A stretch of 63,572 nucleotides of DNA, filler included, from Aduncisulcus paluster (GCA_024181965.1; 11 parts of 11 records of this genome joined end to end with filler, not necessarily neighbours in it), one strand, 5' to 3'. Shown: positions 11,902-22,756, numbered from the whole stretch's first letter. A program made the numbers and translations. Notes: a model not told the origin generated them from the sequence alone.

Positions 11902-12897
11902 ATGGGACTGGATGGAGGAGACATAACAGGTATTGTTATTATTTCCTTGATTATTTTCATATTTCTCATATATCTTTTAGCGACATCGTTTGTCGTTGTT
12001 TCAAAAGGTGAAGCTATGATTGTTGAGCGTTGGGGAAGATATAAGTGCGTTTATTATGAAGGGTTCCATTTCCTTACACCATTTGCCGAAAAAGCCCGTT
12101 GTTTAACCTGGAGAACATATGAGAGCCATGTCGATCATGATGGTGTTGAACAACGCCGTACTATTACCCAGGAAGAAATTAAGAAGATTGACCTTCGTCA
12201 ACAAATTTTAGATATGCCCATGCAACAGACTTTCACAAGGGATAACGTTGAAGTTAATATCCATCCTATGCTCATTTACAAGATCGAGAACCCTATTAAA
12301 GCTATCTACGAAGTTAACGATCTTTCTCAAAGTGTTCTTAAGATTACTCAAACAGCTTTAAGATCTATCATTGGAGATATGGGATTGGACGACACTCTCG
12401 CTTCTCGTGAAGAAATCAACAAGTCTCTTCTCAGAGTTTTGGGGCCCATTTGTTTGAACTGGGGTTTCCAAATTCTTAAAGTTGAGCTTTTAGAAGTTAA
12501 TCCCACCACTCCTATCCTTCTCGCTATGCAAGAACAGGTTAAGGCTGAAAGAATCAGGAGATCTGCTATCACCACATCACAAGGTACCTCTGAGATCATG
12601 AAACTTGACTCTGATGGAAAGACTCAGTCACGTGTCACTCTGGCTCAGGGTGAAAAGAGTAAGTATGTTATCCAGGCCAACGCTCGTGCCGAATCTAAGA
12701 TTCTTATTGCTAAGGCTGAAGCTGATGCACTCTCAATGTTTGCTGAAGCTCTTCTTCCTTTCAAAGTTGACCCGGCCATGTACCAAATCGCCCTTAAGTA
12801 TCTTGAAGTTTTCAAGATTGTATCTTCAAACTCTGGGAGTGTCCAGATCTTAATGCCTCTTGAAACAGATATTATTGGAGCAGTTGGTGGATTGTAG
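11902..12897 (+). CDS. SPFH/band-7 (stomatin-like, paraslipin/QmcA-type) membrane protein
   Basis: N-terminal TM helix, then IVERWGRY...GFHFLTPF, IDLRQQILD..Q..FTRDNV, QTALRSIIGDMGLDDTLASREEIN, NWGFQILKVEL, AMQEQVKAER. Confidence 0.92.
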   Translation: MGLDGGDITGIVIISLIIFIFLIYLLATSFVVVSKGEAMIVERWGRYKCVYYEGFHFLTPFAEKARCLTWRTYESHVDHDGVEQRRTITQEEIKKIDLRQQILDMPMQQTFTRDNVEVNIHPMLIYKIENPIKAIYEVNDLSQSVLKITQTALRSIIGDMGLDDTLASREEINKSLLRVLGPICLNWGFQILKVELLEVNPTTPILLAMQEQVKAERIRRSAITTSQGTSEIMKLDSDGKTQSRVTLAQGEKSKYVIQANARAESKILIAKAEADALSMFAEALLPFKVDPAMYQIALKYLEVFKIVSSNSGSVQILMPLETDIIGAVGGL

Positions 12898-13186
12898 TCT
12901 AAATGATATCAATCGAAATATGAATAATATCTTTCGCTTATCACTCCCCACTCACAACATTGTGGCATGAGTCTCTATCTTATTCATGATAAATTGCATA
13001 TGTTTTAAAAGTAAATAATTTTTTTTTCGGTTTTTATATTCTAGTTCTTGACTTCGTGAAGGAATATCCTATCGGGCTAAATCTTAAAATATGATGAATA
13101 ATAATGTTTATAATATCATTTATATTATAATTTTATTCGATATCGATGTTGGGATTATCTCATTTTATTCACCTTCGTTTTGAAAA

Positions 13187-14582
13187 ATGTCGTTGTTCCT
13201 TTTCGTTTCAAATTACGACAATAGGGTCCAACTTAATTTAATATCTATGGATAAAGAAGGGCATAGATATGAAAAATATGATCAAGATACTGGTATTCAT
13301 TCACATAAACCTAAGAAGCCAATACCAGCTAAAGAAACGCATCAGTCGCCGCCCATTGAATCTTTGAGAAATATGAGTGTCATATCAGACGTTTCGGGAT
13401 GCGATAGCGCGTATAGTGGTCCCGATTTGAGTCGGAAATCTTCTCTAATGTCTGAAATTGACCACAGTCCGAAAGCATCTCAACTTCCGACTATTCCAAA
13501 ACAATATTTAATATCTTCTCAAACTTTAAAACCAGATTCAGCGAAACAAATCTTATCAGCTTCAACGATTGTTGAGATGGATGAGTCTATCCAAAATCAT
13601 CAAAAAGTCCTACCTGATCGATCTAAATCTACACCTTCTCATAATATTAAACAACTTCAAATTCCTCGAGGCAAGTCACGGTCAAGGTCACGATCCCTTT
13701 CGCGTTCTCATTCCCCTCATATTCCTCGTAGTAAGCATTTAACCCCTGACTCTGCAAATTCACAAAAGCAGGGGATATCTTCGTCTCCAGACAAGGCATC
13801 CGCTCGGAGTTCATCTGTTCCACGATCTACAGGTTATCCGACGCCAAGTGGACGATCTGCGCGTGGACTTATTGTTCCAACTCCTCCAAAATGTTCACGG
13901 ATGCCAGCTCCCACTCACGACAAGATCGGCTCAAAGTTGGGGAAGCCAACGAATCGCTCGAAGAGTTCAGAGCGTCCTTCATCCTCTCGGAGTGGTACCT
14001 CCTCTTTCAAGCACATGCATCAATCCTCCGTGCCATCAGATCAAGGTAATTATCAGTCCCATTCCCATGGAAAGCGTAGAAAAAGAAGAGTGAGAAAGGA
14101 TAGAACCACTGAAGCGAAGACAGAGCATGGTGTTGCAAGTTCTTCAGGAAAGACCAGTAGCAGTGGGAAATTCACATACAAAGGTATCTCTCACCATCCT
14201 CCGGTTCCTGTGAGTGGTCCCGATTCTTCCGCCAAACGGATTGTAAAACCTAAGCCTCAGAAACCACAATCACTTCAGGATCATCCAGGTCAACCATCAT
14301 CCTTTGAGTCATCACCGAAGAAGCCCACCCAATCGACATCTATATCGCCAGTAGTGATATCCAATCAAACCATTAGTGAGAGTGCCGATAAGGCAAAGCA
14401 TAAACACACTGGACGAACTCAGGTATTCACACTCCCAAGCTCTGTCCAAAATGCTCCATCTCGCTCTCAGATGCGTCTTCTACGAACCACATTTACCCCC
14501 ACACACTCCTCCTCCTCTTCTCCTTCTGGTTCCTCTTCCCCTCCCCCATCTTTCCACGGTAATACTGCCATTACCACACCTC
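13187..14582 (+). CDS. Ser/Pro/Lys-rich low-complexity hypothetical protein, 3'-truncated at contig end (start may be ATG 13247)
   Basis: Long ORF running into the linker; RSRSRS and PSSS tracts. Confidence 0.7.
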
Positions 14583-14682
14583 NNNNNNNNNNNNNNNNNN
14601 NNNNNNNNNNNNNNNNNNNNNNNNNNTTAATTAATTAANNNNNNNNNNNNNNNNNNNNNNNNNNNNNNNNNNNNNNNNNNNN
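14583..14682. other. Artificial contig-joining linker (N44-TTAATTAATTAA-N44). The same linker occurs at 33813-33912, 37037-37136, 40153-40252, 42067-42166, 48975-49074, 50808-50907, 53269-53368, 54788-54887 and 57263-57362
   Basis: Identical 100-nt blocks with stops in all six frames; ORFs are cut at each one. Confidence 0.98.
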
Positions 14683-14683
14683 C

Positions 14684-14911
14684 ACTCTGCTTGATGTTGA
14701 CAAACGCATGAGTGTGCATGAAGCTCGTGTGAAAGTCCAATGCATCAAACCTTTCCTTCCCACGATTGGCGAAGACTACGAGTGTCCAAGCATTGAAGCC
14801 ATTATCCGTGAGCAACGCAAGAAGTATGGTGGCTCTGTTGGAACCATTGAAGGAATGAGATGTGGTGTTGCTGGTGTTGAGCATGAGGAAGGTTGGGATC
14901 AGAGTCAGTGA
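14684..14911 (+). CDS. 3' fragment of a probable protein kinase (subdomain XI-like tail)
   Basis: The frame is open from the contig edge: TLLDVDKRMSVHEARVKVQCIKPFLP. 'D.DKRMS..EA' matches the D-P-x-x-R-x-S/T motif that ends kinase domains. Confidence 0.5.
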   Translation, partial: TLLDVDKRMSVHEARVKVQCIKPFLPTIGEDYECPSIEAIIREQRKKYGGSVGTIEGMRCGVAGVEHEEGWDQSQ

Positions 14912-16138
14912 GTGATGTGGAAAGATTCTGATGTAAGATTTTATTTTTATTCTTAATGCCATCAAGTTAATGGAACAATTGAGAGAAGAGTTCATTTCAA
15001 GCTTGAAGGTTGATTGTTGATTGTTGATTGTTGAACAAGTTGCATACTCTCCTTCACGATGAGACATTTTTTTTGAACTTTGGAGCGTTGTTTGGAATTG
15101 CTCTCTATTATGTATTCTGTATTATTATTATTGTTGTTGTTATAAAAACATACATTCATGAAGTAAAAACATGGAACTAATTAATCATAAATTAATCGCA
15201 CAATCACAATCACAATATACTCCATCATTCGAGTCCAAGAAACTATCGTTGTTTGCACCTATCGTAGAATACTGAAGGAGAAAAGAACAGCGACAAATTG
15301 GCATCATCAAGGGAAATCGAATCGAAGATGCATTCTCTGTCAATGTAATCAACAGTGACAACGTGGAGTTCCATGAGAATTGGAATGATTCGATTATCAT
15401 GGAACATATCTGCACAAATGCTCATTGTGTAAGGCGCCGCCATATCAATACTTCAAACTGCTACAAGCATCATATCAAATTTTTAAAATATATAAATAAA
15501 AGTATCGTCATATTACAAATAAAAAATGCAATTCAATTCGTTTAGACGATTTCAGGTTGTGACTTTCTCATTTTTGATGAAAAGAATGTTTCATCTAGAT
15601 AATCATCTTTGGGGTGGATCATAGTGCAATATCTTATTTTTTGACTTTGTTATTGTCTCAATACCGCCCATATTATTTATTGCGGAGATATTTACTCTTG
15701 ATTTCGGATTGATGAAACTCGTTTTCGTTTTTTCAGATTTACGTTACGTTGTGTATTTTTTGAAATATACTTCGAAAAATTGGTGTTTCTATTCACAGGC
15801 AAGTTTCTTGTGAAAAGGAAACTCACCTGGTTTCTTTTATTTTGGTTTTTAGTTGAATTAGATCAATGAGACGGCTGCAGTTTTTGTAGATACGACTTTG
15901 ACCCTTTTTCTATTTACTATTAATTGAAATTTAAGAGATAAGACCCCATAGATACACCTGATTTATCTGATTGAATGATGGAATTGATGGAATTTGTATA
16001 TTCAGCTTGATTGCTAATATTATGGCGACTTTTTGCCATATTTGTATCTTTTTTCTGTTTCCCATCTTATCTAAATGTGATTTCAAGAGTCTTCTCTTCT
16101 ATGATATTTTTTTTAACTTAAGAAATCAATATTTGAAT

Positions 16139-16456
16139 TCATCGAAATTTCGACTTTTCCAATCTATGGGTTAATTTAAGATACAATTCGATTTCTTTTT
16201 TATGGATATCGATGTAACGCTGTAAATGATGTATTTTATCAAGATTTAGGAGATCTTCTTCTCTAATGGGTTCAATAATTTCATAAGGTTTGGGGTTGGG
16301 CTTTTTAGGAGCACCATAAACTCTATCAATCATATCAAAGGGGTTAAAAGTTGATTTTTTTGATGGGGGAGTCCGGGGAACATGCTTAATATGAGGAGAA
16401 CTCATAGGAGAATAAGGGGTTGGGATGGAGGAATATCTATGGTTTAATTCACTCAT
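16139..16456 (-). CDS. Small hypothetical protein (105 aa), or the 5' part of an unresolved or decayed gene
   Basis: ATG-initiated Pro/Ser-rich ORF with plausible composition. No good splice donor was found to extend it. Confidence 0.45.
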   Translation of the reverse strand: MSELNHRYSSIPTPYSPMSSPHIKHVPRTPPSKKSTFNPFDMIDRVYGAPKKPNPKPYEIIEPIREEDLLNLDKIHHLQRYIDIHKKEIELYLKLTHRLEKSKFR

Positions 16457-16775
16457 AATTATAATTTTTAGCTAATATTAGATAAAATTATTAGGTTATT
16501 GAGATTATTGTAGGTTTTGTTTGACACAAAATGACGGAAAGAAGAAAATTTGGTTTGTCTTGGTAAATTCTTCCGTAATGGAATACAATATGATGGGATT
16601 ATGTAATTTGAAGTATAATTATCGGTATATTTATTGTAATGGATTTAAACAGCAGCCTAGAAACCTCCTTTTTGTGACATCCGGATCTTGAATTATGACC
16701 AAGATAAATAAATAAAATCCCACCTTTCATTGTCATTCAAATCTAAATAACTTTATTACAATCTTAAATTATTCT

Positions 16776-16841
16776 GTGCAGCCTGCACCTTTTTGAAAAA
16801 GATCACTGATCATCAGTGAGATGGCATCTGAGTGGCACTCA
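16776..16841. repeat. Array of five abutting perfect palindromes, each with a single C/G centre
   Basis: GTGCAG-c-CTGCAC, CTTTTT-g-AAAAAG, TCACTGAT-c-ATCAGTGA, AGATG-g-CATCT, TGAGTG-g-CACTCA, read directly from the sequence. Confidence 0.95.
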
Positions 16842-16913
16842 ATTTGATCCCAATACTCGTAATAGTTTTCCTTCTATTTTGATTTTATATTATTATAAAA
16901 TAACTCTCGATTT

Positions 16914-17735
16914 ATGGATTCCGTTACATTTGATATAAGAGCTAATTATCACCTTCAGAAATACTCTGAGTGTTTCTCGGCTAGTTCTAGAAGTTCTGAT
17001 AAAAATGAATGTGCTTTTTTCTATAAAATTCTAAGTAGTCAGAATATCATGTCTAAAGAAGCCATTTTATCTGAAATTGATCATTCTGCGTCAGATGACA
17101 TGAATGACTATTTTAAGCTTGCGATTAGTAAGGGTACCACCGATAAGCTTAAAATGGCAAAATCAATGGAAGATAAAGCAGATTCTGAAGTGAAAAAGCT
17201 TTGTATTGCCCAATTTTATGAGTCTCTCGGCATGGCAATGGATACTCTTCGAATTCTTCATGGTTTAACTTCTCTTGAAGCCAGAATTCGTCGTGTGCGT
17301 TGTTATTTGCGTATATTCCGTCGTGATCTAGCTGAAAAAGAGGTTAAGGTGATGTCTGATATGAATGAAGAAGATGTGACTACTTTACAAGCTGCAATAT
17401 ATCTGCATTCCTGTAAAAATGAATATTCCGCAGCTATTGCCATTCTTTCTCAACTCAGAGACAATTATGGAGACTCTCCTCATATCTTATCGAGTATTGC
17501 AGCCCTTAAGATTTCCAAGGCAAAAAGTGGCGGTGATTTAGCCTTACTCGATGAGGCCAGAAAGATATTGGAGAGGGCAGAGTTGAGTGGAGGGGCAACC
17601 CATGCTGGGGTCCTTGCCAATCTGTGTGTGTGTGCTCGCCTCGAAGGAGCTATTGACACTGCTGATAGTTATCAGAGTCGATTGACATCTGTATGTCCTC
17701 AACATCCGTTAATAAGAATAAAATATAAACTGTGA
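16914..17735 (+). CDS. COPE: Coatomer subunit epsilon (epsilon-COP, TPR-like)
   Basis: N-terminal FDIRANYHLQKYSECF (cf. LFDVKNAFYIGSYQQC), LEARIRRVRCYLRIFRRDLAEKEVKVMSDMNEED (cf. LKLDRLDLARKELKRMQDLDED), LANLCVCA, and C-terminal P.HPLI. Confidence 0.85.
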   Translation: MDSVTFDIRANYHLQKYSECFSASSRSSDKNECAFFYKILSSQNIMSKEAILSEIDHSASDDMNDYFKLAISKGTTDKLKMAKSMEDKADSEVKKLCIAQFYESLGMAMDTLRILHGLTSLEARIRRVRCYLRIFRRDLAEKEVKVMSDMNEEDVTTLQAAIYLHSCKNEYSAAIAILSQLRDNYGDSPHILSSIAALKISKAKSGGDLALLDEARKILERAELSGGATHAGVLANLCVCARLEGAIDTADSYQSRLTSVCPQHPLIRIKYKL

Positions 17736-17803
17736 TTCGTGTTGTTATTTTGAAATGTTATTGAAGAATAAAAGATTAAGAGAATTCCAATTAATTCAAA
17801 TTT

Positions 17804-17967
17804 GGAGTTTCAAACTCCCGGAGATCTGGGCCAGACAACTTGTCCAACCGACCAGAGAAGTTCTCTTGGTCTTGAATAAAGTTTTGGCCCAGTGCCGCTA
17901 CTTAGCACTGCAGAGCTTAACCGTTAACTAAACACTTGAAGTTGCCAACTTCTTCAAGGCTTGAAGA
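17804..17967. repeat. GC-enriched cluster of six single-C/G-centred palindromes plus two longer-range stems, between convergent genes
   Basis: GGAGTTT-c-AAACTCC, GACAA-c-TTGTC, GAGAA-g-TTCTC (extended by GACCA/TGGTC), TTAAC-c-GTTAA, GAAGTTG-c-CAACTTC, TCTTCAAG-g-CTTGAAGA. Additional stems CTGGGCCA/TGGCCCAG and CAGTGC/GCACTG. Confidence 0.9.
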
Positions 17968-18094
17968 CGCACAACAAAAAGATGATAAAAACAAAATAAT
18001 AACAATTAAATCGGTATTAATTTAATAATATAATAAATAAAACCTGATAATTATATTTATTTTACTTAATTTCAATTGAGGCATTACTATGAGA

Positions 18095-19345
18095 TTACTT
18101 TTTCACTGACCCAGAAGAAAGAGTTTCAATTCTGCTTTTGATTGCACAATAATCAGCATATTTAGCATGGTATTGGGCAACAATATCTCCAATGGTAAGT
18201 GTATTTGTCGTTTTACCACGTTTGTCATAATTGTTTTTCAGAGAAATCAACTCAATTTGTACCTTTTTCTTCTTTCTCTTCAATTTTGAAAGTTCATCTT
18301 CTCTTCCTTTTCTTCCACTTTCCTTTCCTCGTTTTTCTAGCTCAACAATCCTTTGTTTTAGCTGCTTATAAATGCTATATAACGGTCTCAAACCTTCTTT
18401 TTCTTTTCTTAGAGGTAAACGACCAAAATTGAGTTTAAAAGTATCATCAAACGAACGTAAAACAGCTTTAACGTCAGCTTTATCTGCTATTAATTGTTCT
18501 TTCGTCATATTCATGATTTTTGAACTTCTTCCGGCTTTTCTACGACGTTTCTCCACTTCACGTCTTGCCAAATCGAGATCGGCAAATGTAGCTCCTGCGG
18601 GCGGTGTTTTGTCCGATGGATGTTTAATTTTATGTTCTTTATGAGCAGATTTAATCAAGTTGGCAGCAAAATGACGCCGAACAATATTAAGATACAGGAA
18701 CATAACATTATGGGCCAAATGACGGATGGATTGAGGCTTTTCTTGGATCAAAAGGTAAAAATATTCGGTTATTTTGTTAAGATTCTTCATTGAAATGCCA
18801 GAAATCTCGTCAACCATAGATATTTCACCAAAGGGAAGAACACTCCGATCTTTGAATGCTGCTTTGTATAAATCGGCCTTTGAGATGGTTGATTTCATAC
18901 TTTCTATATCCTTTAGGAATTTGTTATAGACAATTTCAACACATTTCCTTGAATCATGAATTGAACTATCATTTTCGAAAGAAAATTTATCAAATGGAGA
19001 AAATGGTAACATTTCAAGATATTTATCACTTTTTGGTTGTATTTTTGTCCGCTTAAGGGCATCAGGAGAGGGTCTTGTATGCGAAAAACGCTTTGGAGCT
19101 TCCTCTTCTTTTATAACTGTTATTGGAGTATGCTCAATGACATGAATATATTGCTCTAGATCTGATATTGTATCATTATATATTTCAGAGTCATAACTTG
19201 ATTCAACAGACTCTTGGGCAGGAGAAAAAGTGAGAGATGTAAAATCTATGTCTGGCGAAAACAATACCGATGAAATGGCGTGATTTAGAGCATTTGATTC
19301 CACAGATATTCCAATGTTTTTTGAAATAAGAACCTTTTGATTCAT
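18095..19345 (-). CDS. FAM13-like protein (C-terminal helical repeat domain)
   Basis: MTKEQLIADKADVKAVLRSFDDTFKLNFGRLPLRKEKEGLRPLYSIYKQLK matches the FAM13 C-terminal repeat; a second degenerate copy follows. Confidence 0.7.
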   Translation of the reverse strand: MNQKVLISKNIGISVESNALNHAISSVLFSPDIDFTSLTFSPAQESVESSYDSEIYNDTISDLEQYIHVIEHTPITVIKEEEAPKRFSHTRPSPDALKRTKIQPKSDKYLEMLPFSPFDKFSFENDSSIHDSRKCVEIVYNKFLKDIESMKSTISKADLYKAAFKDRSVLPFGEISMVDEISGISMKNLNKITEYFYLLIQEKPQSIRHLAHNVMFLYLNIVRRHFAANLIKSAHKEHKIKHPSDKTPPAGATFADLDLARREVEKRRRKAGRSSKIMNMTKEQLIADKADVKAVLRSFDDTFKLNFGRLPLRKEKEGLRPLYSIYKQLKQRIVELEKRGKESGRKGREDELSKLKRKKKKVQIELISLKNNYDKRGKTTNTLTIGDIVAQYHAKYADYCAIKSRIETLSSGSVKK

Positions 19346-19604
19346 TAATCGGAGGAAATTGAAGTTCGAGATAAAATTTGTATAGTGGCTGACCTAAACC
19401 AAATATTCATGAATAATATTTGATATCTTCATTACCATGTGAATATATTAGTATTAAAAACAATGAAAAAAATAAATTTCTTGGGAAAATATTTATATTG
19501 CAAGATCGACTTCTGTGGTGGCTGTGAAAAGTATTAAAAGCAATCTCCAATTTATTTTTTCGTAATATTTATATTAAAATAAGAATTTCCCCTGGATTTT
19601 ATAA

Positions 19605-20787
19605 ATGTCCTTGCCCACAAGGCTGAAGAAAATTGAAGTCCCCAGTGAGCTAAAAGATGAGACAATTAGAGATCTGTATGTTGCCATTTTTTAGTTTTAC
19701 AACATAATATTAATTTAGAATTATGTATGCATTATTTATTTCTTCAATGATCAAATACAACCAAATTAGAAAAGCTAAGCTTATGGATTTGCAGGATGAA
19801 CATAATGCCCAAGAAGCTAAACATATGGATTTTGTTCGAATGTTACAGGCACAAATGAAAGAAGAACAACGAAAAAGAGAGAGAATCGAGCAGAAAGCTG
19901 CTTTGTTAGAGGAGAAAAGAGAAATATTCGCTCTTGATGTTCAAAAAAATGCAGATTCAAAGATTGCTGCCGTTGAAAGTGATGTAATCCGTTGGAAAAA
20001 GCTCTATGAAAATGAAGTTCGCAGACATAAAGCTGAAATTGATGGTGGAACTGGAATAATGTTGGAAAGATATCTGATGCAAATTGAAGATTGGCGACAG
20101 AAATATATGAGAGAGAAGAAAAAACATAGAGATTTTGAAGAACGCATCTTAGAAGAGCAATCTATTCTAATTTCTAGAATGGTTGCTGATAAACGTTCAA
20201 TGCTTCTTGAATTTCAGGAAAGAGCTGAACGAGAAGCAAAAGAAAGGTTGGATATTGCCACTAAAGAAGCCGTTGATCAATTTGGTTCCTTAGAAAAGAA
20301 ATGTGCCGAGTTAAGTCACGATATTGATATTCTTACTCGGGAAAATGATGCATTAAAACGTAAAACCACAGAACTTCAAATGGACCTCCGCGTTACAAAA
20401 GAACGAGAGAAAGTATTAACTAAAGCAACAGTCAAATCAGAGCAGAGAACTAGTGAACTCATGCAGCGAACTGAAGTTCTGGAAGAGGCAGCAATGAGCG
20501 CAGAAATGGCCGCTAGAGATGCTATCAAGATGGAAGAGGCTTCATTTAAAGTTAAAATGAAAGAAGCCACCTTGGAAAAATCTTCATTAGAACGTTTAGT
20601 CAAACTTCAAGCCAAAGAAATTGATAGGTTACGATCGATTGCAACATTAATTCTTCAAAAGAGATCAGAAATTGAAGAATTTTTAAGCGGAATACTCACT
20701 GATATTAAAAGAGGAAGGAGTTCAACACAATTATCATTATCTGAAAAAGATTACATTTTGTCTCAAATCAAAGAATTATTAGGATAA
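19605..20787 (+). CDS. Basal body-orientation factor 1-like (BBOF1/CCDC176) coiled-coil protein; exon 1 19605-19675
   Basis: KEIDRLRSIATLILQKRSEIEEFL resembles the BBOF1 motif. A GTATGT donor at 19676 can splice in frame to the TAG ending at 19769 (gives RDLKAKL, preferred) or at 19718. Confidence 0.65.
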
Positions 20788-21065
20788 CAGTAAATATGTG
20801 TAAAATGGTGAAATGATCAAGGAAAAAACTGTTTTTATTTATATTTTCAAAGTGATATTAATTTCAGAATTGAAATTAAAAATATCTATTTTTAGAACAT
20901 TATAAATATAATTTTTAAAATAATCTTTTAGTGATATGTATAAATTCTATTAATAATTATTATATAAAATATAAATTTTACTGTTCTAAATTTAGATATT
21001 TTTCAATTTTTAAGTGATCACATTATTCTATTAGCAAATTTTATAGAAAGTAGTGTAACTAAATT

Positions 21066-22159
21066 TTATTTGTTGGCGGATTTTTTTCTTCCACCAATAA
21101 GCAAATCGGCAGTAAAATCATATTTTGTATGCATTGTTTCAACACACGATATCGCATCTTCCCTACTTTTAAACTGAAGATATGCAAATCCTTTTGATTT
21201 ACCATCTCTCCTTTTGACAATACGTGTTTCTGTAGGAAATACTTCAAATTCAGAAAGAACTTCTTCAACTTCTTTTTGGGAACGCTTTCCAGTTCCACCA
21301 AGAAAAACAGTTGAGAGATCACGCGGCGAGGGTATTTCAAAAAATATAACATCTTTTATCTTATCTTTATCATTTGTCCACAAAAACTTCTTTGGATCGG
21401 GTATCTCATCGGCAGATTCATCCACTTTAACCTTGGTTCCGAGTTTCCTGAAAGAATCGAGGATTGATAGTTTTTCATCTCCTCCAGACACTTTTTTCTG
21501 GAAAGATAGATCAATAAAACTACGTCTGTTACCAAGCCGAATATCTTTAAAAGTTACTCCTTTTATAGCAGCCTCTTTAAGTGCATCTTTGGCCAATTCA
21601 AATATTATCTCACGTTCGGCCGGCGGTGTCACAAGCGTGGCTTTTGTTCCGATTGGTATGTAATCTTCTTCAATTTTTTTCACAGGTTTGGGTTCTTCTA
21701 TTTCTTTCTTGGCATCCAGATGAAGAGACTTTAGTGATGTTTTTTTTGATTTTTTCGCTAAATCTTGTTCAGGAATACTCACTTTCCTTGTGAAATTGAA
21801 GACTAAATCATCATCGTCGACTGGAGAAGCTCTTTTTTTAACCAACTTAAAAAAAGCTTTGGAAGNNNNNNNNNNNNNNNNNNNNTCTTCTATTTCTTTC
21901 TTGGCATCCAGATGAAGAGACTTTAGTGATGTTTTTTTTGATTTTTTCGCTAAATCTTGTTCAGGAATACTCACTTTCCTTGTGAAATTGAAGACTAAAT
22001 CATCATCGTCGACTGGAGAAGCTCTTTTTTTAACCAACTTAAAAAAAGCTTTGGAAGAAGAATCTAGAAATACACAGCCAAAATGAGTATTAATTTTGAA
22101 ATAAATGATAATATAAAAGAAAAACATAATACTTTAAACATACTCCTCTTTTTCCCCAT
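21066..22159 (-). CDS. RRM-domain RNA-binding protein (probably nucleolar); exon 1 22144-22159, intron 22064-22143
   Basis: RNP2 TVFLGG and RNP1 KSKGFAYLQF. ATG GGG AAA AAG AGG A|GTATGT...TAG|AT gives MGKKRNSSSKAFF. The internal repeat at the 21866-21885 gap is an artefact. Confidence 0.85.
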
Positions 22160-22214
22160 CAAGCAAACTTTGATATTATTCTGATCGCAATCTAATTTTT
22201 TTTACTCTAATAAC

Positions 22215-22577
22215 ATGCCGCTATTGGTTAAATTAATGTATGTACTTAATATTTTCTTTCTCCTTTTTGCTCTTATAATTTGTATCAGTTGTTTATTCAA
22301 TTATCATTATCCTAGCGGTGGGTGTGAGTTTTTATTCGCCGGAAAGAGTCAAATTGAGGTTCCACATATAGTTTGTCACGATTTATTATCATTATGTTTA
22401 TATTTATCTGATAATTTCCTCTCTGTTGAGAAGGATGAGTTTCTTGAAGATGGAGAATTAATTGAAGGTTTTATTGTCTTAATTAATGATACGGATATTG
22501 AATTATTTGATGGGATGAGTACAGAACTCTCAGATGGTGATTCCATAACCTTTATTTCCACAATGCACGGTGGGTGA
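22215..22577 (+). CDS. URM1: Ubiquitin-related modifier 1; exons 22215-22237 and 22316-22577 (94 aa spliced)
   Basis: GGCEFLF...GFIVLINDTDIEL...LSDGDSITFISTMHGG C-terminus; 78-nt GTATGT...CCTAG intron. Confidence 0.93.
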   Translation: MPLLVKLMYVLNIFFLLFALIICISCLFNYHYPSGGCEFLFAGKSQIEVPHIVCHDLLSLCLYLSDNFLSVEKDEFLEDGELIEGFIVLINDTDIELFDGMSTELSDGDSITFISTMHGG

Positions 22578-22756
22578 GACGTCACGTCTAATAGACGGTG
22601 TATATGGCCAATACCATAATAATAGATATTCATTCCAAATAATCAATTATTGCTTTATGATGGATTATACTTGACAATTAATTGTAACATAATCATAAAT
22701 CATCCCCTCAATTCAAACATCTACATTTAAATCTCAAAATAAAAAGTTTATTTGAT

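Noticed and set aside
15185..16138. Possible downstream exons of the 16139-16456 ORF
   Set aside because: Short ORFs in different frames, with no GTANGT donor or recognisable protein to link them.
17880..17925. Minus-strand AAGCTCTGCAGTG resembles the 5' end of U4 snRNA
   Set aside because: No convincing U4 kink-turn stem-loop, and no Sm site followed by a terminal hairpin; the match is too short to call.
16776..17967. CRISPR-like interpretation of the palindrome arrays
   Set aside because: No constant direct repeat or regular spacers, no cas genes, and a eukaryotic context.
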